64,000 bases of DNA from Vicinamibacteria bacterium (GCA_963668695.2 CAXXLQ010000004.1:2688001-2752000); one strand, 5' to 3'; positions 10,534-20,596 are shown, counted from the stretch's first letter. Translations and numbers: made by a program. The notes: a model not told the origin generated them from the sequence alone.

Positions 10534-10842
10534 ATGGCGCGGAGTCACAAGGTGCAGATAACCCTGAACGAGGTGGAGTACGCCGCGATCCGGCGGAGGG
10601 CCGAAGCCGAGGGCCTCAAGCATGCTGCCGTGGTCCGGGAGGCGATCCAGCAGTACTGCGTCGAGCCTGATCGGCGTCTGCGGAAGCGTGAGGCGCTCGA
10701 GGCGCTCCGCGCCCTGCCTCCCTCGCCGGTGCCTTCGTCGTTGTCGGAGTGGAAGCGGGAGTACAGCCGGCTGAAGACGGCCTTCCGCGAGGCGGATTGG
10801 CCGCGCGCCGACTCCCCAGCGGACACCAAACCGAATGACTGA
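10534..10842 (+). CDS. RHH/CopG-type antitoxin (VapB-like)
   Basis: KVQITL...AAVVREAI RHH pattern; overlaps PIN gene. Confidence 0.7.
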   Translation: MARSHKVQITLNEVEYAAIRRRAEAEGLKHAAVVREAIQQYCVEPDRRLRKREALEALRALPPSPVPSSLSEWKREYSRLKTAFREADWPRADSPADTKPND

Positions 10843-11302
10843 GTTGCCGGCCAGCCCGGGGACGCCGCCGATGCAGTCTGCCGCCGTGATCTTTCTGGAC
10901 GCGAACGTCTTCATGTACGCCGTGGGTATGGATGCAGGGTGGCGGGAGAGCTGCGAGGCGGCAGTGGAACGTCTTCAGGAGAGCAACGTGTGGGTGGTAA
11001 CGAACGCGGAAGTCCTTCAGGAGATCCTGCACAGGTACTTCTCGCTGGATCGTCCGGGCGACGCCCAAACCGTCCACCGCGCCGTTTTGGAACTCTGCGA
11101 CGAAATCATTCCGGTAACGGAGCATCACACGACGCGCGCGCTCGCCCTGCTCCTTGAGCACCAGCGGCTCTCGCCCCGCGACGCCGTTCATATCGCGACG
11201 ATGGAGGAGCGGGGCATCCGTACTATCCTTTCGGCGGACCAGGACTTCGATCGGGTACCCGGCGTGGATCGCCTCGACCCTAGGGGTTTCGTCTCCGGCT
11301 AG
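10835..11302 (+). CDS. vapC: PIN-domain toxin VapC
   Basis: FLDANVFMYAVG, EVLQEILHRY, RDAVHIAT, SADQDFD. Confidence 0.9.
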   Translation: MTELPASPGTPPMQSAAVIFLDANVFMYAVGMDAGWRESCEAAVERLQESNVWVVTNAEVLQEILHRYFSLDRPGDAQTVHRAVLELCDEIIPVTEHHTTRALALLLEHQRLSPRDAVHIATMEERGIRTILSADQDFDRVPGVDRLDPRGFVSG

Positions 11303-11382
11303 CCCGTTCGGGACGAACTTCCGGGAAGAGCAGCAACCGCCGCACCTCCAGACAGTTGGCGGCCCTCCCGTAGAATCCGGCG

Positions 11383-11874
11383 ATGGACTTCGAAGGCACC
11401 GAGATCATCAGCGCGCCCCGGGAGAAAGTCTGGGCATTCGTGACGGATGCCGAATCGATGGCCTCGTGCACCCCGGGGATGAAGTCGTTCCGCATTCTGG
11501 AACCCGGTAAGCGCTTCGAAGCGACGGGCGGCGTCAAGCTGGGGACCGTCGGGCTGAACGCAAAGACGGTCATCGAGTGGACCCACCTGGTGGAACTGGA
11601 AGAAGCGAATATGAAGATCCGGGGCAGGGGACCGGGGACGACGATTGACGGTATCGCCGAGCTTCGTCTGAGGGATGACGACGCCGGTACCGCCATGGAC
11701 TGGAAGGGCACGGTGCAGGTGCGGGGAACGTTGGCGGCGCTCGCCTCCCGGCTGCTGAAGCCGGTCACCGAAAAGGTGTTGCGTGAGATGTTCGCCGAGA
11801 TGAAATCCAAGATCGAGGCCCAAGGGTCCGGTAGCGCCCCGGAGAGGGGCCAAGCAGGAGACAAAACCAAATGA
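11383..11874 (+). CDS. coxG: CoxG-like SRPBCC protein
   Basis: APREKVWAFVTD...CTPG; VRGTLAALASRLL. Confidence 0.8.
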   Translation: MDFEGTEIISAPREKVWAFVTDAESMASCTPGMKSFRILEPGKRFEATGGVKLGTVGLNAKTVIEWTHLVELEEANMKIRGRGPGTTIDGIAELRLRDDDAGTAMDWKGTVQVRGTLAALASRLLKPVTEKVLREMFAEMKSKIEAQGSGSAPERGQAGDKTK

Positions 11875-13061
11875 GACGTGGAAACGGCCTTGCGCCGGTG
11901 GCGGGCGTATTCGTCCTTGGACTGCTTGCGGCGAGCTTCGCCGCGGGACAGTCTCCCTACTTCCCGGAGCGCCACGACTGGCAGACGAAGACCCCCGAGG
12001 AGGCCGGGTTCGATGCGGCGCTACTCGAGGAAGCCGTGGAGCTCGCGGTGGCCTCGGAATCGGGCGCGCCCCGCGACCTGGCGCTCAACCATGAGTTGAC
12101 CTTCGGGAGCGAGCCCTTCGGGAGCCGCGTCGGACCGACCACCGTACGGGGCGCGCTGAGCGGCATCGTGGTGAAGGACGGCTACATCGTGCGCGAGTGG
12201 GGTCCCTCGGAGAAGGTGGACATGACTTTCAGCGTGTCGAAGACCTTCCTTTCGACAACGGTCGGCCTCCTCTACGACGCGGGGCTGATCGCCTCGGTCG
12301 ACGACCTGGTCGGTCCCTACATGCCGGACGACGAGCTCTTCGGCTCGGACCACAACGACTCCATCACCTGGGACCACTTGCTCCGCCAGACAAGCGACTG
12401 GCAGGGCACGCTGTGGGACAAGCCGGACTGGGCAGACCGCCCGGTGGGTGATCACCCCTTCGAGTACCCCGACCGGCCCATGTACGAGCCGGGAACTCAT
12501 TACAAATACAACGATGTTCGGGTGAACCTGCTTGGCCTGGCGGCGCTCCACGTGGTGCGCGATTCGCTCCCGGTGGTGCTCCGCGAGGGGATCATGGAGC
12601 CCATCGGCGCCTCGAATCGCTGGCGCTGGCACGGCTACGAGAACTCCTGGGTGATGATCGACGGGCGTCAGGTCCAGTCGGTGAGCGGCGGCGGCCACTG
12701 GGGCGGCGGCATGCACATCAGCGGCCGCGACCTCGCCCGTTTCGGCTACCTGTTCCTGCGGATGGGGAACTGGAAGGGCAAACAGCTCATCTCGGAGGAG
12801 TGGATCGGGATGGCCCGCACCCCCGGTGAAGTGAACCCGACCTACGGGTTCATGAACTGGTTCCTGAACGGTCCGGTCGAGCGGGACGGGGAGATGGTCA
12901 AGTCCATCCCCGACGCCCCGGACACCGCGGTGACTTTCCGCGGCGCCGGCAGCAATATCGTCTATGTGGACTGGGAGAACGACCTGGTGGTGGTCGTCCG
13001 CTGGATCGAGGGCGGCGCGGTGTCGCCGTTCATCGGGAAGGTGCTGGCGGCGCTTCGCTGA
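11871..13061 (+). CDS. Serine hydrolase, beta-lactamase class C-like
   Basis: SVSK (SxxK), HLLRQTS, YKYND, signal peptide. Confidence 0.88.
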   Translation: MRRGNGLAPVAGVFVLGLLAASFAAGQSPYFPERHDWQTKTPEEAGFDAALLEEAVELAVASESGAPRDLALNHELTFGSEPFGSRVGPTTVRGALSGIVVKDGYIVREWGPSEKVDMTFSVSKTFLSTTVGLLYDAGLIASVDDLVGPYMPDDELFGSDHNDSITWDHLLRQTSDWQGTLWDKPDWADRPVGDHPFEYPDRPMYEPGTHYKYNDVRVNLLGLAALHVVRDSLPVVLREGIMEPIGASNRWRWHGYENSWVMIDGRQVQSVSGGGHWGGGMHISGRDLARFGYLFLRMGNWKGKQLISEEWIGMARTPGEVNPTYGFMNWFLNGPVERDGEMVKSIPDAPDTAVTFRGAGSNIVYVDWENDLVVVVRWIEGGAVSPFIGKVLAALR

Positions 13062-13092
13062 GCGAGTTCCGCCCGCCCCTTCCGTGGGTTAA

Positions 13093-13271
13093 CAGCCTGT
13101 GGTGAAACCCGCGCGGCGTTCGAGCGGCGATCCATCCCGCCTGAACCGCGCCGCTTTGCGGCGCTCTGCGTTGCGTTTCGGTCGAAATACACTCGGTATT
13201 CCTCCCTCACGCGCCTTGTCAGCCGGGCGCCTCACCGCTCTCGGCGCTCACCCGGGTTCCACCACAGGCTG
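13093..13271 (-). mobile_element. 179-bp MITE copy 3 (inverted)
   Basis: TIRs; TTAA at 13089-13092 and 13272-13275. Confidence 0.92.
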
Positions 13272-13275
13272 TTAA

Positions 13276-13741
13276 CAGCCTATGGAAAAGTCACGCGGCA
13301 TTCCCGAGCCAAGAGGGATGGGGGCCGGGTGAGCCCGTCCCCCGTCCCTCTCGCTCCGGGGTCTCCGCGGTGCTGGCGCCCCGCTCCGGAAGCCCGAGCT
13401 ACGAAGGATGGACGTCGGCTAGCGCCGCCTCCCACCCCTCGTGCTCCGGGGTCTCCGCGGTGCTCACGCCCCGCTCCGGAAGCCCGAGCCAAGAGGGATG
13501 GGGGCCGGCTGAGCCCGTCCCCCGTCCCTCTCGCTCCGGGGTCTCCGCGGTGCTGGCGCCCCGCTCCGGAAGCGAACGGCGATGCATCCCGGCTGAACCG
13601 GGCAGCTACGCGGCCCTCATCGTTGCGTTTCGGTCGGAATACATCCGGGCCAGTTCTCCCGGTGGGGGCTCCTCCCTCACGCGCCTTGTCAGCCGGGCGC
13701 CTCGCCGTTCTCGGTGCTCACGTCACTTTCTCCACAGGCTG
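13276..13741 (-). mobile_element. MITE copy 4 (variant ends) with nested 3x90-bp repeat and one 19-bp motif
   Basis: CAGCCTATGG...CCACAGGCTG; flanks TTAA/TTGA; abuts copy 3. Confidence 0.85.
13303..13572. repeat. Three tandem 90-bp hairpin-rich units
   Basis: CCCGAGC at 13303, 13393, 13483; units 1 and 3 nearly identical. Confidence 0.9.
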
Positions 13742-13744
13742 TTG

Positions 13745-13925
13745 AGCGCCGACGTCGTAGAGGGGAATCCGCATCGCCTGGGCGGCCGTCACCATGCGGC
13801 GGTCCTAACTGGCGAGCCGGGCCGGCTGACGGCTATCCCACAAGTGGACCAGCGAAGCAATCTGCAACGCGACCAGTGTGCGGAGAGGCCCCGGAAACGG
13901 GTTGCGGCACGCCGGACACGCTCGC
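13745..13925 (-). pseudogene. PIN toxin C-terminal remnant, paralog of 18542-18943
   Basis: PFPGPLRTLVALQIASLVHL...RLAS*DRRMVTAAQAMRIPLYDVGAQ aligns with the intact VapC. Confidence 0.75.
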
Positions 13926-14027
13926 CGACCGCTCCGGGAAGCCGATGCCACGCAAGAGACGCTGCGCTGTAGAACCATGGGTCTCGTTGAAACCGCAGGA
14001 ATCCAGCCCTCCGTGTTCGGGAAAGTC

Positions 14028-16613
14028 CTACCTGCCACCCCCACTGCCCCGCAGCTCATCCACCTGCGCCTGGTACAACTGCCGCCCCTTCTCGAATGTC
14101 GCCAGCACCTCCGCCTTGTGCGCGGGATCATCCCAGCGGTCCATCGCCCGCAGTTCGTCCAGCACCTGGTCGATCCAGCGGACGAAGAACGCCGCGTCGT
14201 CCCGCGAGCGGATCGGCTCGCCGTCGGCGATCACGAAGACGGGATTCGTGTGCGCGAACAGGTAGCTGTCCATCGCGCCGTGCTGCGCCGGCCCAAGCAC
14301 CCGCGCCGCGATCCACCCGCTCCCCTCGATCGGGATCTCCAGCTCGGCGTCGATCGACTTCAGGTCGCCCGTGGCGTCGATCCGGTGCACGATGCGGCCG
14401 TTCTGCACGATCTCCAGGCCGTGCATCGTGAAGAGCGACCGTGCCGTCCCGCGCACCGTGACCACATCGCCGCGAGACACCGCCAGTTCCTCGCCCATGC
14501 CCTTCCCGGAAGCGTCTCCGGGCCCGGAAACGTCCAGCGTCATGATCGGCCCACTGGTCACAAACGCGCGACCCGCCGCCATCGCGTCGGCCCAAGCGTC
14601 GTAGTGGACGTGGTCCTCGCCGGTGTAAACGTAGGTGCGCGTCGTCCCGACCGCGGGATGCCGCCAAATGTCGGACATGACGTCCGTTCCGGCGGTCCCC
14701 GGGATGCGCGAACCCGTGTTGAGGAGGCGGTACCAGACCTCAGCCGTCCCGAGTTCGTCGCTCCAGATACACGCCACATCCACAAAGTTGGCCAGGCCGA
14801 GGACCGCGTCGACGGGCAGCTCTCTCGCTGATCCCGCCCCCGCCGCGTCGGGGTCCCGATGCCGGAGCCCGAAGGGGTGGACGTATCCGCCAATTCCGCC
14901 CTGCTCATGCACACGACGAAGCACCGACGCGTTGTCAGGGTAGAGGGCCTGGTGCGCGGTCCCCACCGAGCCGATGTAAAAGGGCGTGATCAGCTCGGTC
15001 AGGTTGAGCAGCGAGAGGTGCGCGAAGAAGCTGGGCCGGTACTCCTCGTTGTAGTAGACGATGGTGCGCGGGCCGGTGTGCGGGTGCGGGTGCCCGAGAA
15101 AGTGCTCGAGGTCCTCGACCCGGCTGTTGCCCCAGTAGTTGGCGATCATGCCGTTTGCGACGTTGAGGTCCTCCGAGTGGGCCTTGTTCCGCAGGTCCTC
15201 GGGGGTGACGAAGTAGTGGCCGCCGTAGTTGGGGTGGATGTGGTTGTCGCCGGAGTACCAGCCACTCGCGGCCATGTCGATCCAGCGGTCCAGCTGGAGT
15301 TCGACGGTGGTGTGCTCGCCGGCGCGGAGTTCGACGGTGCGCGAGACGGGCTCGTATTCGAAACCCCGCCAAGCCTCGACGGTGGCCTCGCCGACGGGGA
15401 GGGTCACGGAGAAGCTGCCGTCCGTGTGGAAGTAGTAGTCCTCGGTCACGCTGACGACGCGGGGGTAGCTGCTGTGCGGGAAGTAGGCGCGCCCGTCGGA
15501 GCCGGTCAGATAGATGCGCGACGGCAGGAGTTCGCCGTCCGAATCACTGATGCGAACGCGGAGCCGGCCGGTGGGCTCGGACCATGCGTAGCCGTCGATT
15601 CGCACGGGTTTGGGCGTGCCACCCCCTCGCGTAACCGTGTAGAGCGCGAACCCCATCCCGTTGTCGATTGTGCGCGGCTGGTCCGCGGTGCCGCCGTTGC
15701 GAGCGTACACAAGGCGTTGGCCATCAGGTGACCACGAGGGGAAATACTCATCCGTGCGGCTGTGCGTGAGGCGCACGGGCTGGATTCCGCGGGGCGACTT
15801 CTCGCTGGGGACGACGTAGAGGTCGTTGTTGCCCGAGGAGTCTGTGACGTAGGCGACGATGCCCCCATGCGGCGCGACGACCGGTGCCGCCTGATAGTTG
15901 GTCTCGACGCGAATGAGGAGTTCCACCGCTCCGGTCGCGCCGCGATACCGCCAGAGGGAACCCGAGCCGAGCGCGGCCTCGCCCCGCCTGGAAACGAACA
16001 CGATGTCGCCGGTGTCGCCGATCCAATCCCCGGCCATATCGTTGGCCTGCCGGTCGGCGATGACGGCTTCGGCCATGCCGGTTTCCATACCGTGGACCCA
16101 GAGGTCGAAGGTGCCGTTGCGCTCCGTCGTGAAGAGGATGCGAGACCCGTCCGGCGACCAGCGCGGCCGCAGGTCGAGGAAGGGGTGGGTGGTGAGGCGG
16201 CGCGATTGTCCTGTCGCGAGCTCGGTGACGAAGATGTCGAAGTTGCGGTTGATGTCGGCCGCGTAGGCGATTTGGCTGCCGTCGGGGGACCAGCTGGGCT
16301 GGGAGTGGTAGCCGGGGCCGCTGGTGACCTGGTGGGCCGTGCCGCCCTCGATGGGGACGACCCAGATGCGGCCCTGGTAGGCGAAGGCGATGGACTCGCC
16401 ATCGGGCGACCAGGCCGGGTAGGTGGGCGAGGCGGTGACGGGGGGCGGGAAATAGCTCTCCATGTACATCCGGCCCGCGCCGCTGACGCCCGCGAGGGAG
16501 GGGTAGCCGCCCGGGAAGGGGTCGGGGTATTCGTGTTGTTGGGCGGAGGCAGTGCGAGCAGAGAGTGCTGTCAACGCTGCCACCGCCAAGACTGCGACGG
16601 CGGGGATGTTCAT
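14028..16613 (-). CDS. TolB-like PD40 beta-propeller fused to CehA/McbA family metallohydrolase
   Basis: Repeated P.WSPDG; GWYSGDNHIH, EEYR, WYRLLNTG, GTD, AHTNPV; start MNIPAV after GGAGAGG. Confidence 0.88.
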   Translation of the reverse strand: MNIPAVAVLAVAALTALSARTASAQQHEYPDPFPGGYPSLAGVSGAGRMYMESYFPPPVTASPTYPAWSPDGESIAFAYQGRIWVVPIEGGTAHQVTSGPGYHSQPSWSPDGSQIAYAADINRNFDIFVTELATGQSRRLTTHPFLDLRPRWSPDGSRILFTTERNGTFDLWVHGMETGMAEAVIADRQANDMAGDWIGDTGDIVFVSRRGEAALGSGSLWRYRGATGAVELLIRVETNYQAAPVVAPHGGIVAYVTDSSGNNDLYVVPSEKSPRGIQPVRLTHSRTDEYFPSWSPDGQRLVYARNGGTADQPRTIDNGMGFALYTVTRGGGTPKPVRIDGYAWSEPTGRLRVRISDSDGELLPSRIYLTGSDGRAYFPHSSYPRVVSVTEDYYFHTDGSFSVTLPVGEATVEAWRGFEYEPVSRTVELRAGEHTTVELQLDRWIDMAASGWYSGDNHIHPNYGGHYFVTPEDLRNKAHSEDLNVANGMIANYWGNSRVEDLEHFLGHPHPHTGPRTIVYYNEEYRPSFFAHLSLLNLTELITPFYIGSVGTAHQALYPDNASVLRRVHEQGGIGGYVHPFGLRHRDPDAAGAGSARELPVDAVLGLANFVDVACIWSDELGTAEVWYRLLNTGSRIPGTAGTDVMSDIWRHPAVGTTRTYVYTGEDHVHYDAWADAMAAGRAFVTSGPIMTLDVSGPGDASGKGMGEELAVSRGDVVTVRGTARSLFTMHGLEIVQNGRIVHRIDATGDLKSIDAELEIPIEGSGWIAARVLGPAQHGAMDSYLFAHTNPVFVIADGEPIRSRDDAAFFVRWIDQVLDELRAMDRWDDPAHKAEVLATFEKGRQLYQAQVDELRGSGGGR

Positions 16614-16699
16614 CGGCGGCGGTCCTCTCCTGGAGCGAAGGGTTGACGCTCGGGCGAATCGGTAGATCCTCATAGTGGACGATGTACGGCGACACCGCA

Positions 16700-17490
16700 A
16701 GCGGGTGACGGCATGATCGGGCGGCGGCGCGGGTTTCGGTATCGTCGGCTGGAATGCCGTCGGTGAATCTGACGCCCTGGATGACCCGGGGCAACTTCTC
16801 GTAGCCGTTAACAGCCTGTGGTAAAACCCAAGCGGCGTTCGGCCGGCGATCCATCCCGGCTGAACCACTCCGCTTCGCTCCGTTCTGCGTTGCGTTTCGG
16901 TCGAAATACACCAGGTATTCCTCCCTCACGCGCCTTGTCAGCCGGGCCCCCACCGGGAGAACTGGCCCCACCGGGAGAACTGGGCCTCGCCCCCACCGGG
17001 AGAACTGGCCAACCTCGGCGCTCACCCGGGTTTCACCACAGGCTGTTCAGACGGCGCCAGGTCCCGCTGGCCGCGGTGACCAGCTTGCCCGATCTTTTCC
17101 CCGCTCGCCCCCCGGTCCCGTGCCTTCGGCCGCCGCACCCGAACCGGTCCAATCCCCGTCAGGATCGCCCGCTCCGGGCCATGCCCGTGGTGCCCCAGAC
17201 GCCGACGGCCGCTCTCGGTCCGATGATCGCCATGGGCCGCCAGCAACGCCACCACCTCCGCTTCCACGGCTTGCCTCACCAACTGCCGCGCCCCGCTCGC
17301 TGAACCTCCGTCAGCGGATCCTCAACTCCCTCTGGTGGGGAAAGAAAAACAACGGTCTTTCCGTCATGGCGTATCACTCCTCCCTGGCGATGTGGAAGGT
17401 TGGTACCTCCCACGATACGCCACCCGCTTTCGGCCGTAGCCCACGAGGAAGACCACCCGAGAAACCTCATCTCTCCTTGGGTTACAGCTG
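16700..17490 (-). mobile_element. Internally deleted, frameshifted IS256-family remnant
   Basis: N-terminal EDPLTE...QAVEAEV...TGIGPVRVRRPKARDR joined to C-terminal KLVTAASGTWRRLN|GYEKLPRVIQGVRFTDG; catalytic core absent; ends approximate. Confidence 0.78.
16812..17045 (-). mobile_element. MITE copy 5 inside IS256 remnant, with three 18-19-bp motif insertions
   Basis: TIRs; flanks TTAA/TTCA; splits codons RRLN/GYEK. Confidence 0.9.
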
Positions 17491-17499
17491 GTTGGAGAG

Positions 17500-18085
17500 T
17501 CACCTGGGACCACTTGCTCCGCCAGACAAGCGACTGGCAGGGCACGCTGTGGGACAAGCCGGACTGGGCAGACCGCCCGGTGGGTGATCACCCCTTCGAG
17601 TACCCCGACCGGCCCATGTACGAGCCGGGAACTCATTACAAATACAACGATGTTCGGGTGAACCTGCTTGGCCTGGCGGCGCTCCACGTGGTGCGCGATT
17701 CGCTCCCGGTGGTGCTCCGCGAGGGGATCATGGAGCCCATCGGCGCCTCGAATCGCTGGCGCTGGCACGGCTACGAGAACTCCTGGGTGATGATCGACGG
17801 GCGTCAGGTCCAGTCGGTGAGCGGCGGCGGCGACTGGGGCGGCGGCATGCACATCAGCGGCCGCGACCTCGCCCGTTTCGGCTACCTGTTCCTGCGGATG
17901 GGGAACTGGAAGGGCAAACAGCTCATCTCGGAGGAGTGGATCGGGATGGCCCGCACCCCCGGTGAAGTGAACCCGACCTACGGATACATGAACTGGTTCC
18001 TGAACGGGCCGGTCGAGCGGGACGGGGAGATGGTCAAGTCCATCCCCGACGCCCCGGACACCGCGGCGACTTTCCGCGGCGCCGG
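17500..18085 (+). pseudogene. 586-bp near-identical duplicate of serine hydrolase interior (12364-12949)
   Basis: Direct repeat with about 5 substitutions; lacks SxxK and C-terminus. Confidence 0.92.
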
Positions 18086-18496
18086 GAGTTCGTAGCCTCC
18101 CTTGACCCTCAACAACCCCACAACGCGCGTTTCTTCCGCCAAGACATGTGTGACCAGGAAACCGGTCCCGAACCGACCGGTAGTGTGTTCTGAATCGAGC
18201 TCTTTGCTGGAACCGCCGGAGAGCAGAGCGGCGAGTTCCTGTGATGAAAACGCGGCGCCGTCGTGTTCGAAGCGCACGTGGTTAGGTTCCTGGTGAAGGC
18301 GAACGGCGACAGCTGACCGACCTTCGCGCGGACCCGCGTCGAGCGCGTTTTGAAGCAACTCAAAGGGCCAGCGAATGCTGGCGGTATGTGGGTCGCGTCG
18401 AGCGTGGTCCACGCGATTGCGAATGCGGCGCGCGTCGTTCGAGTCGCGCTGTTTGTCCACAGCGGCTTTGAAGGCAGCAAGTGCTTCTTGACTCAT
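18086..18496 (-). pseudogene. Truncated sacsin-like GHKL ATPase N-terminus
   Basis: RWPFELLQNALDA, FEHDG..F, TTGRFGTGFLVTHVL; cut by the duplicated segment. Confidence 0.75.
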
Positions 18497-18541
18497 AGGA
18501 GAATGTGCTGGGTTTCGGTCTCGACTCCTATAGCGGACCTT

Positions 18542-18943
18542 CTATGTCGCTTGCGCTCCCAGGTCGTAAACCGGGATTCCCAGCCCTTGGGCCGCCGCCA
18601 CCATGCGCCGGTCGTAGCTGGCGAGCCGGACGTTCTGGCCGTTGTCGCGCAGGTACACGATGGTAGCGACGTGCAGTGCATCGAGGGTGCGCAACGTTGC
18701 GGGAAACGGATCGAGGGCGCGGGCCAACACGGTCGGCAACAAGTCCACGAGTGATATCCGGCCAAGGAGTTGGCGTGCGGGCTCTGCGTTGACCTCGGCG
18801 AGCCCGCGTGCGTGGAGGCGGACCCAGACTTCGTACTCGATAAGCCGGCTGGCAATGAGATCGTCATTCCAGAGGGCTGCGGGCGGCACCCGGTCTTCAG
18901 CCAGGATCTCGGCTATCGCGACCGAGGAGTCAAGGTAGATCAC
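18542..18943 (-). CDS. vapC: PIN-domain toxin VapC
   Basis: IYLDSS, LRTLDALHVAT, ASYDRRM. Confidence 0.88.
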   Translation of the reverse strand: MIYLDSSVAIAEILAEDRVPPAALWNDDLIASRLIEYEVWVRLHARGLAEVNAEPARQLLGRISLVDLLPTVLARALDPFPATLRTLDALHVATIVYLRDNGQNVRLASYDRRMVAAAQGLGIPVYDLGAQAT

Positions 18944-19232
18944 GATCGGCCCGGTCGTCATCAAGCTCACGGAGGAGTTGTGCGAGAGTCGCGACGCGTT
19001 TTCCCGAAGGTGGCCGGCCCTTCAAGGGCAGAGCGGGAGGGGTGATCACGCCCTGGCGCACCATCTCGGCGAGGCGGGCATCCGCGATGTGCGGGCTTCT
19101 GGTCTCACATGGAGGACCCATCTCGGCGACGACGCGGCTTCGGTCGGTGATAAGCACCGTTTCGCCCGAGGCTGCAAGACGTACGTACTCGCTAAGGCGG
19201 CTGTTCAACACCTTGATCCCGACGGCTCGCAT
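18930..19232 (-). CDS. Phd/YefM family antitoxin
   Basis: MRAVGIKVLNSRLSEYVR...GETVLITDR..VVAE. Confidence 0.85.
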   Translation of the reverse strand: MRAVGIKVLNSRLSEYVRLAASGETVLITDRSRVVAEMGPPCETRSPHIADARLAEMVRQGVITPPALPLKGRPPSGKRVATLAQLLRELDDDRADRDLP

Positions 19233-19310
19233 AACCCTATGGTAGCCACTAGTAGCGACTTTGGCCAACCGGATGCGCGAGCGGACCGGAGCCGGGCGCG
19301 GTGTCCTGTT

Positions 19311-20336
19311 TCAGTCCACGCAGAAGATCGACTTCGGCATGTGCATGCTCACCAGCATGTTGGGGACGTCCACCGTTTCCGAGATCTTGAGGTCCCCCGC
19401 GAGCGAGCACAGGACGTATGCCTCTTCGGGGGTGAGTCCGTGCTCCGCCACCAGGTAGGCGATCATGTGGCGGGTCGCCTTCTTCGCCGCTTCGCCGATT
19501 GATGGGTCGAATCCGGTGACTGCGTAGTACTCGTCGGTCTCGTACTCGGGCTCGGTGATCCCCCGCGGATTAGGCATCACCTCGAGCGTGACGACGAGCC
19601 GCATCGGGACTTCGATGGCGGTCCCGGAAACCTCGCCGTCCGCCTGTACCGCATGGGTGTCCCCGATCGAGAAGTTCGCCCCCGGGACCTGGACGGGGAT
19701 GTACACGGTGGTCCCGACGCGCATGTGGCGGTTGTCCATGTTTCCGCCGTTCTCGCGGGGCGGAATGGTCACCAGCATCTCGTCGGTTGCCGGAGCCACG
19801 CCGAGAACGCCCGGGAACGGGGAAAGGGGAATGGTGATCCGGTCGTTGAAGCGGGCCTCACTGGAGCCGGGCCCCATGTCGAAACTCCGGATCCAGGGCT
19901 CCGTGAACTCGTCGGCGAGGAAGCCGAACCCGGGGAAAATCCCGGCCCAGCCGGGGCCCTGAACGTCGGCTTCGTGGATCGTGACCGCAAGCAAATCGCC
20001 CGGTTCCGCCCCTTCGACCGCGATGGGCCCGGTGAGCGCGTGGATCAGTCCGAAGTCCACCTGTCGAAGGTCTTCGGCCGTGGTTTCCGGGGTGATCTGC
20101 CCATCCGACGCTTCCTTCGTGAAGATCTCCACGACCGCGCCCGATGGCACGGTCAGGACCGGCGGAATCGTCGCGCTCCAGCGGTTGTGGGTGTTGTCCG
20201 CGGCGAGGGTGTAGTCCGCCGTCAGCGCTGGTTCCGGTTCAGGTGCGGGCGGGGATGCGGGTTCCGGCGACCCGCAGGCGGCGGTGAAGGCGAGGGCGGC
20301 GAGGTAGGCAGCGGTTCTCACGGCGGACTGGTTCAT
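19311..20336 (-). CDS. Acetamidase/formamidase family lipoprotein
   Basis: HALTGPIAVEGAEPGD, NGGNMD, GDTHAVQADGEV. Confidence 0.9.
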   Translation of the reverse strand: MNQSAVRTAAYLAALAFTAACGSPEPASPPAPEPEPALTADYTLAADNTHNRWSATIPPVLTVPSGAVVEIFTKEASDGQITPETTAEDLRQVDFGLIHALTGPIAVEGAEPGDLLAVTIHEADVQGPGWAGIFPGFGFLADEFTEPWIRSFDMGPGSSEARFNDRITIPLSPFPGVLGVAPATDEMLVTIPPRENGGNMDNRHMRVGTTVYIPVQVPGANFSIGDTHAVQADGEVSGTAIEVPMRLVVTLEVMPNPRGITEPEYETDEYYAVTGFDPSIGEAAKKATRHMIAYLVAEHGLTPEEAYVLCSLAGDLKISETVDVPNMLVSMHMPKSIFCVD

Positions 20337-20596
20337 CGGGGAACTCCTTGCGCGGAGGCGCGGAGCCGATTATCCGCGTTGTGGCCGGGGGCTGGGCTGG
20401 GGTGTTCTTCCTGCCGGTGCCCAAAGCGCGCTGCTTCTCAGGAGTCGGCGTATCGCCGTGTGCGAAAAGGACTGATGGCAGCGAACTCTGTTCGCTACCC
20501 GCGGGTTCGGGGGGAAAGCGTGAAAGGGGGGCTACTGCCCCCTTTCACAAAAAAACAACGACGAATCGGAACTCGCCGCAGCGCGCCAACGGCGGG

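Noticed and set aside
13303-13572. Mini CRISPR array
   Set aside because: Variable segments 1 and 3 are nearly identical and segment 2 is homologous; the array is nested in a MITE
8984-13810. Amber recoding suggested by in-frame TAGs at 8984 and about 13806
   Set aside because: Both lie in genes that are already disrupted, and TAG is a normal stop for many genes here (coxS, coxM, puuD, pyk)
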